Below are positions 28,943 through 41,737 of a stretch of 64,000 nucleotides of DNA, in pieces. Origin of the DNA: Lytechinus pictus (Eukaryota); contig NC_087246.1 in NCBI RefSeq assembly GCF_037042905.1, positions 4,466,001 to 4,530,000 on the forward strand, written 5' to 3'. The stretch's first letter is position 1; the number at the start of each line of letters is the position of its first letter. Position numbers and translations under genes: made by a program. Below the pieces are notes generated by a model. That model had not been told where the DNA came from. It searched no databases and saw nothing but the letters and a program-made list of their open reading frames with translations.

Positions 28943-30744
28943 GACAATAATTACTTTTTATCGTCATCAACCTGCAATCCAATGTGTTGGTTCAAATCCA
29001 TTGCTCCAACACCATTGAGCCGCTGTGTGACTTTTCCAGTTCATAAGAAATGTGTCAGATTTCTACTGGGTTTTGAAAACCATACCCTTCTTAGCAATCG
29101 GTAGGCAGGTCCTAAAAAAGTAACTTCAAATTTCATCCAAATGATATTCATGACTAGAAAGTTTTTGCATATTTAGTGAGCTGGGTTTGGATGAAAAAAT
29201 CCATTTTAATCTAGTCATATTTTTCTAAATATTTATCAAATGTCTTGTTTTTAGTATTTTTGTAAAGAAGAAGAATTATTTTTTTTTAGGTCGTGTTGGA
29301 ATCTATTGCAACATTTTGTAATCTACATGTAGGTGAAAATATGCTCAAAATAATTGCTTTCTCCTGGCCAAGTCAATGATTTTACACTTTTTGTTTTATC
29401 CCAAATGATTTTTAGATCATGATAAATGTTTAAAATTAAGTAGGATTTAAAAGAAGGTGTGGTTTCAATCAGGTCAAGATCTTTAAAACCACAAGAGTTC
29501 ATTTTGATTGGTCAAAGAGACCACGCATCAAACTAGTCTAGATTCTATCAGTATTGGTGCGTATGTTATTTCTCTCCCCTTTTTTCATTCTGCATGGTAT
29601 CCCCATTGATCGTGATATCCCCTCTTTCACTTGTGGTGCCTGCGAGTGATGTTAAGTGACGGGGTTTCTCGCTCTCTTTGTCTATCTTTTTTCTCTCTCA
29701 CACATTTTTTTATGTTGTTTTGCTACTATTTCAAGTTTTAGTTCTCATATGAAGCTGTGTTAACTGTAGGAATGGATCATCTTTTATTGTTGTCCATTGT
29801 TGCTTGTGTCATGCAACTGCAATAAAATGTATTGTAGGTTATTTTTATTCCATCATTTTTATTTCTTCTCTCTGTACTTGTACTAAAAATGTGCTGTTAT
29901 TATCATATCACCTCATCGTACCTTCATATTTCACTCTCAGTAATATTCATGGAAGAAAATCAAGAGTGAAGAATTAAATTACCTGTATGTAGAATGTATA
30001 ATCTTAGATTAAAATACATTTGATGAATTTTCTCATGTTTTGTGATGAAATCTAGAATGAGAAATTAGAGAGAGTGGCATGGTATATTAGAGTAAACTCC
30101 GGGAGTAAACTAGGCCTATTCATACTTGATTTAATGTAATCTTCACAAGGTTTGCCATTTTATTTCAATGGAAAGTGAATAGATTTTTTAAGAGAATGAG
30201 TGAGAGTAAGCCTACAAAGGCATTTGCTCATGCAAGTCCCAGATTATAATTTCAGTATTTGGTAACCAATGTGTTTACAAATGCATATAGGAGACCTTGA
30301 TATGTTTTTGTATTTGTTTTTTTTTAATTATTATTTTGTACATTTATTTGTGTATATACCCTATTGTCCCGTATTTCACGATTTTGAACACATTTAGGTT
30401 AGAATATTCAAGCATGAATTTTCTTTCTCAATATGAAAAGTAACAAAAGGGGAAAGAGTGAAATATATTGTTTTTAATGATATGTCTAAATCTATCACAA
30501 AATTTTCACTCGATTGCTTTGCTCTAGAGATTTTTGAATGATTTTATCCTCTTCACCAAGATCAGCCCTCTGAAAATGTTGGGCTCATTACGCAACTGAT
30601 CTGATCTCGAAGTGTCCCATATTTCAATTCCAAATCTGGTCACCCTGCCAGAGAGAGGCAGGGGGGTGGATTTTTATTGGCCTCCTAGATAGATGTGTCT
30701 GTATCTATTTAGTTAGATTAGAGAATCAGCAGTAGCATATCCAG

Positions 30745-30817
30745 TATAATAATAATAATAATTATGTAATAATAATAATAATCATAGTAATAATTGTAAT
30801 GATGATAATAATAATGA
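30745..30817. repeat. (TAA)n degenerate microsatellite
   Basis: taataataataat.. run. Confidence 0.85.
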
Positions 30818-31046
30818 TCTTAGATGACGTGAAGGGACATATATCTTCCTTATTAATTTCTTAAGGGGCCAAAGAATTAAGAGATATAGGTAATTAATAG
30901 GATAGGATTATTGTAAGTCAGAGTGCTGCAGGACAGTAATTAGGCCTATACTTAGTTTGTGTTATTCTTGCTGCAGAGTTCTGAATGACTTGGAGTTAAG
31001 CTAGCAGAATGAGCTGTCGTGTATGTTGCAAGCAAAATAGTCTATT

Positions 31047-31250
31047 GGGGTGTTGCAAGAAACATGCGATCAATTGCAAGTCTTTTTTTTCGGGTCCCTA
31101 AATCAATCATATATCTTGCAATTAATTGCAAATTCATTATTGATTTCTAATCTGCTCTTTAATTGACACAAGGAGTGCAACCTGATTCCTTACAGCTAAA
31201 ATTGATCTATCAATTGTAAAATTGCAACCGAATATTTCATGCAACACCCC
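31047..31250. mobile_element. Small MITE-like inverted-repeat element
   Basis: ggggtgttgcaagaaa / tttcatgcaacacccc termini; repeated caattgcaa motifs inside. Confidence 0.55.
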
Positions 31251-31626
31251 AAAGTGGCATTTCACGAATGCTTGAACAGTTGCTTTGTAAGTTTATTTAT
31301 AAACTTTAATACAAAGATTCGTTCTTGTTTGGATATGCCTACAGCATTGGGGAGAAGATAATGAAATTCAATAACGGATCCAGCTTTTTGGTATAAGAGG
31401 TTGGGGTTTGACCATCAGAAAAGAAAAGTAAATAAATACCCCCCCCCCCTCAGATCTGCAACGGAAATTAAATTCCAAACGCCCCGCCCCTTTTTCAGGA
31501 GATGATCACCTGATCCAATGTAGATCACGTGATGATAGCTGCATGGAGTATTCGTTCTGAATTTGGTTTGCGCTGCCTCCTGCAGCTGCATATTCTTTGA
31601 TAACTGAAGAACATTCTCATTAGAAA

Positions 31627-31727
31627 ATGCCGTGTTTTTTAAGTGTTATTCAAAGCCCTATTCAAGCTTTCCTCAGACCTGCTGTATGGATCCCTGGCCT
31701 CAACAGACTTCACAGTCACAGAGAAAA
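31627..31727 (+). CDS. Uncharacterised DUF1499-like gene, exon 1
   Basis: ATG; MPCFLSVIQSPIQAFLRPAVWIPGLNRLHSHRE; donor gtaggt; phase 2 matches exon 2. Confidence 0.75.
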
Positions 31728-32279
31728 GTAGGTATTTCTAAAAATTAACATTCGATTATTTTCTTCTTGTAATTAATAAAGTAGGATAGTACTAACGACT
31801 AACGTTACGTCGCCTCGTAATTCAGGAGCGAACGCAGCGCCGTGCCGCTGTGTTGAAGAGATCGCGGAGCTGAGCTGAGCCTGACCAAAAAGTCACCAAA
31901 TGATCTTGAAGTGCACAAAAATCATTTCGTACTTTATTTTTTACTAAATATGATTTTGATTGGCTACTTCTGTTTAGGAATTCTTTATTACTTAAAGTTA
32001 AAGTGACAATAATCAAACATGAGTGACAGTTATAATAATATATTCATAACCCACTCACACGTATTGCGAGGTTAGTATTAGTATACTAACCACGAACCGC
32101 GTTTGGCAGTGGATTTCTAACTAGTGGGTCGCGCGTGCTGGGATCTCACTTCTTGGGTCCACAACACACGACTTCTATGGCTTTAATTTTATGTGCGCGG
32201 CGGCATGTAATGAACCCTTGGGTGACAACTACAAGATGTACAAAATGAAGATGCCGCCCCCTTAAAAGTATTGATTTAA

Positions 32280-33122
32280 AGGACAAGTCCCCCCCTAACC
32301 CAGGAGCTTACCGTGTATTTGACCATACTCACGGGACTAGGGTGATTTATGGTCTAAATATTTCTCCAAATGAATTGTGAAAACAGAAATTATGCACTTA
32401 CCACGTTTATATGGATGAAGGTCTAACGAGTGGCAGTTTCCTGACATCTGGGCACAGACTGGAACCTCCTTCTACCCCCGTCTCGATCGGCCATTTTTGT
32501 TATGAATTGTAACTCCCTGGGTTAGTCCCCCCCCCCCCCAACAAAAAGTTGATTTGAATAAAAAGAGAAAAATCCAACAAACATAACACTGAAAATTTCA
32601 TCAAAATCGGATGTAAAATAAGAAAGTTATGACATTTTAAAGTTTTGGTTAATTTCACAAAACACTTATATGCACATCCTGGTGGGTATGCAAATGAGGA
32701 GACTGATGACGTCATCCACTCACTATTTCTTTTGTATTTTATTATATGAAATAGGGAATATTCCATTTTTCTCCTCATTGTCAAGTGAAACGACGATTAA
32801 TTCCTCCCTGAACATGTGGAATGAGCGTTGTTTAATACTATATGATTCAGTCAAGTTGGTCCTTATATTGTCAAATCTATAAAAAAAAATGAAATATTGT
32901 ATAATTCAAACAATAAAAAACGAAAGAAATGGTGAGTGAGAGACATCATCAACTCTCTCATTTGATTTGTGCATATCCCTGTTTGGTAAAAAAATAAGCA
33001 AAACTTTTAAGTGTCATGACTTTCTTATTTTACATCCGATTTTGATGACATTTTCAGCGTTTTGCTAGTTTGATTTATCTCTACTTATTCAAATCAACAT
33101 TTTTCTGGGGTGGATTTGACCT
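32280..33122. mobile_element. Kolobok-like MITE in intron 1 of the uncharacterised gene
   Basis: ttaa|aggacaagtcccccc ... ggggtggatttgacct|ttaa; about 120-bp inverted arms (catcaaaatcggatgtaaaataagaaagt / actttcttattttacatccgattttgatg). Confidence 0.8.
32296..32524. mobile_element. Small MITE nested in the left TIR of the Kolobok-like element
   Basis: TIR taacccagg / cctgggtta; duplicated target gtccccccc on both sides. Confidence 0.7.
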
Positions 33123-33280
33123 TTAAAGTACTTGATACTGAAAGTGTCAGCAAAATTTAGTCCTATATTGATGATGTCCAATATGTCCGTGTGGGATTTT
33201 TTTCTAAAGAACTTTCTTTATTGTGCTGTATGTGGATTTCCTCACTATATTCTGACCCTATTTAATTTTCTTTTTGTCAG

Positions 33281-33386
33281 GTGGGTAGCCATGAGTGGAA
33301 CAGCGGATGAATTTATTGATGAACTAATACAAGCTGTGGATAGAGTTGCAGAGTCTGATTCAAAGACTACATATGCAGTCAAGCAG
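33281..33386 (+). CDS. Uncharacterised gene, exon 2
   Basis: Polypyrimidine + cag; WVAMSGTADEFIDELIQAVDRVAESDSKTTYAVKQ; gtagct. Confidence 0.82.
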
Positions 33387-33758
33387 GTAGCTATATATAA
33401 TCCTGTACCTTTCATTGAATACAATTTTCTTAAGGTTTAGGGTTACGCTCAATCTCATTCAATCAGGTTTTTGTTTTAATTATCCCATCATATTTTTTAG
33501 TTTCAGTTTATTTATTTTACATCTCTCAGGGTTTTTATTTGATCATCACATCTTGTTTTTCAGTTTCAGTTTATTCATTTTACATCTCTTTGAAAATACT
33601 AACACATTATACATTACTGTATATTTATAGACCAACAATGAGTAAGTATGAAAATATGACAGTCTTGTAAACTGTTGTATAAAAGATGTGTGAAGGAAAG
33701 ACATGAGGCCATGGGGTTGTAAAAGTCTGTCAATGTCAAAAAGCCCCCCCCCCCAAAA

Positions 33759-33766
<8 letters not shown>

Positions 33767-33802
<36 letters not shown>
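33767..33802. repeat. (TA)n microsatellite
   Basis: Perfect dinucleotide run after poly-C and poly-A. Confidence 0.95.
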
Positions 33803-33805
<3 letters not shown>

Positions 33806-33981
33806 CTGGTTAAAATGATACTGGAGTAAAGCAAATATTTTTTTGTATTAATTTTTATTGATAAAATTTCATCAATTTAATCTACAAAGCTCTAACATAT
33901 TTTCATTTTAAGTTTGATTGTTTAATGTGTTTTTCTACTGCAGTGTATTCTTTATTCTCTTGATTGCATTACCTGTTACAG

Positions 33982-34092
33982 GTTGATCGTGAGAAACACA
34001 AGGTCCAGATCTACAACTGGACTTGGGCTGAGTGGCTAGATGTGGTTGAAATTGAATTTAGAGATGGAATAGCAGGAGGGGTAGAAGCAAAG
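33982..34092 (+). CDS. Uncharacterised gene, exon 3
   Basis: VDREKHKVQIYNWTWAEWLDVVEIEFRDGIAGGVEAK; cag / gtaata. Confidence 0.85.
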
Positions 34093-34687
34093 GTAATAAA
34101 ACTATGATGATTTTGTTTGTAGCTCATTGACACAACTAATTTTAATTAAATAATGACAAAATATAAAGAAGACACAATAATTGCATTGCTTATCAGGTAA
34201 TCTCTTTCTTTGCAAAGTTACCAATTAGCACCCCATTGTACACATACATGTAAATCTCTGTGGTGTGTCGGAACTTCAAGAAGAAAAAAATTACAGATGT
34301 GGGACCAAGAATACTACCTTTTATGCAAGGATCACATTGTTGTAGCCTTTAACTTTACCCCGTATCTCACAAAGCCAAATGTAAAAATTACAAATTGAGT
34401 TGAGGCTCAAGCCTTTTCTTCGATCATGTCTTTTGGATGGTCATATGATTTATGTTTTTTTTTAACTCAAGCATACTGTTTAACACAAATCTCTACTCCT
34501 TAGAGATCCTAGATTTCGCTGAATACATTTGGAAAAGTCGACCTTCCATAGATGTCTGAATTAAACCATTTTTTCAGACCAAAATACTGTATTATGCTAA
34601 CAATATTTACTACATGTAAGTTGAATTTCTTTGATGTCAAGAGACATAAGACAGATTCCCCTATATATTTACTCCATCTCTTGACAG

Positions 34688-34750
34688 TGTTTCTCATTCT
34701 CCAGTGGTTTCTTGCCAACTTGGTTCCCTCTGTGCTTTCTCTTCAATGTG
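34688..34750 (+). CDS. Uncharacterised gene, exon 4
   Basis: CFSFSSGFLPTWFPLCFLFNV; cag / gtaagt; phase 0-0. Confidence 0.8.
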
Positions 34751-34947
34751 GTAAGTATAGTATTCCATTTTAGGTCATCTTTGAAGTTGTTCTATTGTAT
34801 TTTCTTGCAGGAAATATGATAATGGCTAATACTAAATGATAAATACATGTGTGGTGTGGTTTCAGAATTTACAAAGGTCAGAATGAAGTGATCTTTCTAG
34901 CTTAAGAGTTATATGTACTGGTATTGATTGGAATCAGTACCGGTGTA

Positions 34948-35243
34948 GAAGTGCCATGGTGTAGGGGTTCTAACTCTCACCTGGTAATCAGGGGGTCATG
35001 TGTTTGAATCCCACCATGGCCTAGCATCCTTTGGCAAGGCGTCAATCCACAATTTACCACACTCACCCAGGTGCTGATTGGGTACCAGTAGAAAACGACC
35101 ATCATTGTGGTTGGTTTGTGTGTGCCTAGCAGGCTGCTAAAAAGCTATGAATCCAGTGAACAGGTAATAATAATTGTGAAGCACTTTGAGCAGTTGTAGA
35201 TTGATAAAGTGCTATATAAAAGCCCATTATTATTATTATTATC
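34948..35243 (+). mobile_element. tRNA-derived SINE with L2-type 3' tail
   Basis: A-box-like tggtgtaggggt, B-box-like gtttgaatccc, central ctttggcaaggc..cacccaggtg..tgggtacc domain, 3' tgtgaagcactttgag..aaagtgctatataaa and (tta)n tail. Confidence 0.8.
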
Positions 35244-36200
35244 ATCTGCAATGTTGAAATAGTATACCCGATGGGTGTTTCATGAAGCTGTTCACAAGTT
35301 ACTAGCAACTTTACAAATGACTGGTAATCCGTTCTTTTGGTAAACGATACACACCCAATTTTCATTGGTATTAATTTAGTTCCTAAGAAAGGATCACCAG
35401 TGAGCAGTCATTTGTAAAGTCATTGTAATCTATGAGCAGCTCTATGAAACAACACCAGGACAGTAAAAGAATGAAATCAAATGTTGAAAAGAAAATGGAC
35501 TCCATGGAAAGAGGAAGTCCGTCCAAATGAGAACCTTCTTGTTTTCTGGGAATATATTCTTCTTTCATTTCCAATCTCATCACATTTCACTCCTTCACCA
35601 GTTTATCTAGTTCATGACATGTATCACACCCTTCTATTCTGTGTGTTATACTAATCTCTGTTATCACCTCTGTATTTGAAGTTCATTAAACTTCTGTTGC
35701 ATGATTTCATTTCTTTTGGTTTTGCCTGCATTGTATAAACAAGACATTGGCGCCATGTTTTTTTTACTCTGCTGTGACATCAGCAACATTTAAATCTCAA
35801 CCAAGATTAAGTCTTTGAAATGTCATAGTAACTTAGAAAGAATATGGACTTATTTAATGAAACTTGGATATAAGAGTAATCAAGTACCACTGATCATCTT
35901 GCAATAGTTATAGGTCACATGACTAACGTCAAAGGTCATTTTAGGTCAATAAACTTTGTATTTTTTATCATTTTTTTTTCTCCCTTTGGTAAAAATAAGC
36001 ACTGCTGCTATACTGAATTTAATAATGCAGGCGAGAGGCATTCCACTTGTTCATATTTTAGAATAACATATAATTACATGGAGTATTATTGATCTTAGAC
36101 TGCAGAATAAAAGTCTAAATTTTCTTCATGATTTTTCTTTCAAACCATTAAGACTGTCATCATTCACTGATTTTATCATTTCTTTTTCTTTTACTTACAG

Positions 36201-36305
36201 TTGCTATGTAGCATACCCTTTCTAGATATTGGATTAAATGCAAGGCGATTAAAACGATTGAGGAAGTCAATGGACAGTAGCTGTGAATTGCAGAAATCAA
36301 AATAG
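36201..36305 (+). CDS. Uncharacterised gene, terminal exon 5a (161-aa isoform)
   Basis: Strong acceptor ttttacttacag; LLCSIPFLDIGLNARRLKRLRKSMDSSCELQKSK-stop. Confidence 0.8.
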   Translation: MLCSIPFLDIGLNARRLKRLRKSMDSSCELQKSK

Positions 36306-36709
36306 ATATCAAAGTTATAAAGCCCTTAAAACCAGTAAGATTTCACAAAGTATGTGACATAAGTTTCAATATCATTAGCTGTAATAATTATCAATGTTAA
36401 CACTTTCTAGATGAGATTTTATTGTTTTGACATTTAATTCTTATATGTCTACTGATATCAAAATTATGCAAATTCAATAACATTTGATTAATTTTGTGTC
36501 CAACCATCTTTACTTATCCTGTTAGTTTGTTTATGCCATTACTAACATTTTCATAATTAGTTAAATTATTTTAACTTACAAGTAATTTTCGCAACATTCC
36601 ATCCAAAGCTAGCAACCTTTAATAAAAAAAAATATCAATTAATTTTGCATTTTCTCGGTAGCTTTCATCTTTCTGGGACTGTGTTGATCTTGACTCTTTT
36701 TTCCCACTC

Positions 36710-39700
36710 TAGATGGGTCAATATATGGTTTCACCCGGAACAAATTGCAACAAATAATTTTTCAACTGTTTCTGGCAGTATTTGACCTCAGGAATAACAT
36801 ACTAAAAATCTACCAAAATCCGCATATGGGAAGGTAGTTATTTTCAAGATGGCGTCCAAGATGGCCGCCATTCACTGAAAATGGATATAACTCACGCATT
36901 ATCCACCCTAGAATCCTACTTCGGTTCATATTCCATGGTCCAGTGGGTAAACGAATTCATTGATACAAGTTAGAGTGAATATTACCACTCCAGGGTACCA
37001 GGAAAATCCAAGATGGCGCCCAAAATGGCTGCCGTAGGCTAAAAAATCCACAATTAATCTATTAAGTGGCTTTCATTTGGTTTCTATTCAATGGTTTTAC
37101 TGGTGAAGTAGTACATTAGGACAAGTTACAAGGACAGCCAGTGGTCTTGTGTGTCCAAAAATCCTGGCCTGGCTTCCAGAAATTGAGTTTAAAATGGCTG
37201 TTAATACTTAAAATGGACATAGCTCATTATCATATCCACCTGGGAGATATGATTTTGGCATCTAGACCATGGTTTCAATCGTCAAATAATACATTGGGAC
37301 AAGTAACAAGGACAATCAGTGGTCCGGTATGTTAAAAAATCCAAGATGGCTTCCAAAAATGGAGTAAAAAAATGCTGTTGCTACTTACAAAAAAAACGAA
37401 CAGTTTGTTCAAAATCCGGGAATATGATTTTTGTGCATATACCATGGTTAAAAGGGGAAAAAACATTGGGATAAGTTACAAGGTCAAGTATGTCCAAAAG
37501 TCCACGGTGGCTAAAAAAAAATAGTACAAATTAGCCACTATTATTTACAAATGGATATAGTTCATGTAATTTCCGTCAAGGGCATATCATTTTGATGTCT
37601 ATACCATGGTTTTGAAAGTCAGAAAATTAGTAACAAGGACAGTCAGTGGTCCAGCATGTCGAAAATCCAAGATGGCTTCCAAAAATCGGAGTCTAAAATG
37701 ACTGCTGTTACTTTAGAAATGGACATAGTTCATTTAAAATCCACCAAGGAGATGTGGTTTCGGTGTCCACACTATGGTTTCATGGTTGAAATAATACGTT
37801 TGGACTGGTTACATTGATATGCAGTAGTACAGTTTGCCAAAAATACAAGAGGGTTTTCAAAAAATGCATCTAAAACGAGTCATATCTCTCAATAATAGTC
37901 AGAGTTCTACAATATCTATCTGTAAGAAATAATGTTGGTGTCTAAATTGTGGTATGAAGGGTCAAATAATACATTCGGACAAGTAACAAGGATGGTTAGT
38001 ATTACAAAAAAATCCATGGTGGATTCTAAAATTTCATAAAAGTGGTTGCTGTTACCAACTCATGAAACAATATGATAACTTATCCCCATGCATTTAAGTG
38101 TAGATGCCAAGATTATTTCTCATAGGTGGATATTGTTTGAAGTATGTCCATTTTTAAGTAACAGCAGTCACTTTAGAACCCATTTTTTTTTAAAGCCAAC
38201 TTGGATTTTAAGGCAAAATGGAATACTGCATATCATGGTAACCAGTCCCAAAGTATTTTTTGACCCTTGAAACCCTAGTGTAAACACCAAAATAATATCC
38301 CCAAGTAACAACAGTCATTTAAAACCCAATTTTTTAAAGCTATCTTCGATTTTTGGACATACCTGACACCTGACTATCCTTTCAACTTAACCCAATATAT
38401 TACTTGACCCTTTAAACTCTAGTGTATACATCAAAATCATACCTCCAAGGTGTATTTCTAATAAACTATGTATACTTTTAAGTAACAACAGTGAATTTAC
38501 ACCCCATTTTTTTGAAGTCACCTTGGATTTTTATAAATTACAGACAACTGACTGGTCTTGTAACTTACCCTAGTGTATTACTTGACCCTTTAAACCATGG
38601 TTTAGACACCAAACTCATATTCCCCAGACAGATATTGAACAAACTATGTCCTTTTATAAGTAACATCAGACATTTTTTACTCCTTTTTTGGAAGCCATCT
38701 TGGAATTTTTGACATACTAGACCACTGACTGTCATTGTAACTTGTCCTAATATATCATTTGACCCTTGAAACTATATTTTAGACACTGAGATCATATCTC
38801 ACAGGCGGATTTAAAATGAGCTATGCATGCCACTTTTAATTATCAGCAACCATTCTAGAATCAATTTTTGGAAGCCATATTGGATTTTTGGTCATACCAG
38901 ACCACTGACTGTCCATAAAACTTGTCCCAATGTATTATTTTGACCCTTGAAACCAGTGGTTAAGACACCAAAATCGCATCTCCCAGGCCGATATGAAATA
39001 AACTATGTGCGCTTTAAGTAACAGCAGTCATTTTAAAATCAATTTTTGGAAGTCAACATAGATATTTTGAAATACCAGGCCACTGACTGTCCTTGTGACT
39101 TGCCCTAATGTATTAATTGACCCTTGAAACCAGTGGTTTAGACACCAAAATCACATCTCCCAGGCCGATATGAAATGAGCTATGTCCGCTTTAAGTATCA
39201 GCAGCCTTTTTTTAACCCTAAAGCTCCCGGGGTATTTTGATTCTTGTCATTCCGGGGGGGGGGGGGGGGGGGCCATTATGGCCCCCCCTTAAAATCTCAT
39301 CCGCCGATTGCGCAAGCGACGCAAAAATTTGCACGCTGGTAGTGTGTGATGTAATCTACAAGGCTGTATGGTAAAATTTTCCAAAATATTGAGATTTTAT
39401 TTCATATGAATTAATTATGCTAATTTATGCATAAATCGTACTTTTTGCTCTTATTCACTAAATAAAGCTCCTAGAATGCTAATTCTTGGTAAAAATATTC
39501 TTTGTAGCATTCTTAACAATCGCAATTTAAAAAAACTTCGGTTTGGAAATCAATTTCTTATGTATTTTATTGTTTTATGAATTTCTTATGTATTTCTCAG
39601 TTTTTTTTACTTTTTGTTTTTTTATTGTTTTTTCAATGGAAATCGTTCCAGACTTAATTCTGATCATAAACAAGGCAAAATTAATTAAGTTTAATCAGTA

Positions 39701-40975
39701 AAAGTAGAAATAATGATACATTTATGAATTTTGGCTAAATACACTATTTGCATTGGATTTGTACATGAAATCACGTTTATGAGCAATTTTGGGTCTGACA
39801 TGCACTTATATAATGTTGCGTAATGTCGTAACCGCGTACCCGGGCGTCACATATTTGGTCTCAAAATTTGCGCGAGACTTGAAAGTAAAAAGTCAGTGAG
39901 CGGCGAGGTCAAAAAATTTCGCGCAGCAGATATATCGCGAAAATTGTCGAGGGGGGGGCATAACCCCCCCGGGAGAATTAGGGTTAAGATCAATTTTCGG
40001 AAGCCATCTTTGATTTTTGGACATACCAGACCACTGACGGTCCTTGTAACTTATCCTACTATAATGTTTGACCTTGAAACCAGTGATTTTTACATCAAAA
40101 TCACATCTTCCAGGCCAATGTCCGCTTTTAGTATTAGCAGCCATTTCAGAATCATTTTTTGGAATCCGTCGTTGATTTTTGCACGTACTAGACAACTGGC
40201 CTTTTTTGTAACTTGCCCCAATGTATCATTTAACCATGGTATAGACATATAAATCATATTTCTTGATATTGAATAAACTATGTAGGTTTTTTTTTTAAGT
40301 AGCAACAGCAATGTTAGACTCCATTTTTGGAAGCCATCTTGGATTTTTGAACATACTGGACCACTGACTGTCCTAGTCACTTGTCCCAATGTCTTATTTG
40401 ACAATTGAAAACATGGTCTAGACACCAAAATCATTATGTCCCAGGTGGATATGAAATTAACCATGAAATGTCCATTTCGCTTATCAACAGCCATTGTAAG
40501 CTCCATTTTTGGAAGCCATCTTGGATTTCTGTTGACACACCAGACCACTGGCTGTCCTTGTAACTTGTTCCAATTTACTACTTCACCCTTAAATCCTTTG
40601 AATAAAAACCAAATTAAAGCCACTTAGATGAATTGTGGATTTTCAGCCTACGGCAGCCATTTTGGGCGCCATCTTGGATTTGCCAGGTACACTGGAGGGC
40701 TTATAATTCACTCTAGCCTGTATCAACAATTTGTTTACCCCTTAGACCATGGATTATGAATCGAAATAGGATTCTAGGGTGGATAATGAGTCAGTTTCAG
40801 TGAATGGCGGCCATCTTGGGCGCCATCTTGAAAATAACCACTTTCTAGGATGCTGAATTTGGTAGATTTTTAGTATGTTATTCCTGAGGTCAAATAGTAC
40901 AAAAAGCCGTTGAAAAATCATTTGTTGCAATTTGTTCCGGGTAAGGGTATTTTTGGTTGTAAATTGACCCGTCTA
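36710..40975. mobile_element. 4.3-kb foldback-type non-autonomous DNA transposon (TAG..CTA termini, possibly Academ-like)
   Basis: Termini tagatgggtcaat / attgacccgtcta; about 400-bp outer inverted arms; then arrays of a roughly 180-bp unit in opposite orientation either side of about 38070; no transposase ORF. Confidence 0.85.
39216..39983. mobile_element. piggyBac-like MITE, 768 bp, nested in the foldback element
   Basis: ttaa|ccctaa ... ttaggg|ttaa; removing it restores the host repeat unit; second copy at 45605-52654 in opposite orientation. Confidence 0.85.
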
Positions 40976-41130
40976 CTAACCATCTGACATACATTTTACA
41001 TAGCATGCATATATTACCAGTGGTGCAGCTAATGTCATGCATAATAGATTTTCCTTTACATTTTCTGCATTATTTAGTAATACTTTTCTTGTCTTACATA
41101 TTCTCTCTCTATAAGAAACCAGTCTAAATT

Positions 41131-41454
41131 CAGGGTTCCCAGCCCATCAGGGAAAAATGCCTCAAATGAGGGAAAATCAGGAAATTTTGATCGGCCCAAA
41201 AGTCAAAAGCACGGTTGTCAGTCAGACTATGTTATTTTTTGTTGCAGATGAAAACAACATCCATTGAATGACTGGTTATGGTGGTACTAATTAGTTTTAC
41301 ATTATTGTTTTTATACTGAAAATACACATAATTCACTGCAACAACTTAGAAAACATGTGAAAATTGGAATGGGTTTCATAATTATCAGGGAATTTTTAAA
41401 CTTCATCAGGGAAAAAGCAGGGAATTCTGTTTTCTTGAAAAGCTGGGAACCATG
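41131..41454. mobile_element. MITE, 324 bp
   Basis: TIR cagggttcccagc / gctgggaaccatg; aaatt duplicated on both sides; repeated tcagggaa motifs. Confidence 0.65.
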
Positions 41455-41737
41455 AAATTCAAGCAAAGTTGAAAATAGTTCATAGTTTATCATTGACAGT
41501 CAGTTAGTTTCTGTTCCATAGTAATAAGTGAAAATGTAAATAAAAGATTAAGGATCCATAAATTCTGAATGATTTTCATCAGGACTTTGTATTTCACACT
41601 GAATTAATCCAATGTGAGGGTACTTTCAATCTCTGATTAAAAGAAAAAAAACATGGCAAAATTGCAAATGTCTTTTTGTATGAGTTTTGTGACTCTTAAT
41701 GATAAGTTTTTCTTTATACCTTTTATTTTTCATGTAG

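Noticed and set aside
29590..29680. GC-richer patch downstream of TRMT2A as a structured RNA
   Set aside because: No recognisable snoRNA, SECIS or stable hairpin pattern by eye.
34948..35020. Possible tRNA gene
   Set aside because: Degenerate cloverleaf continuing into a SINE body and tail.
37100..40600. Regularly spaced repeats as a CRISPR array or coding repeats (ORFs 39896-40252, 40090-40623)
   Set aside because: Whole 180-bp units are homologous with no unique spacers, the context is eukaryotic, and the ORFs are chance frames across transposon sequence.
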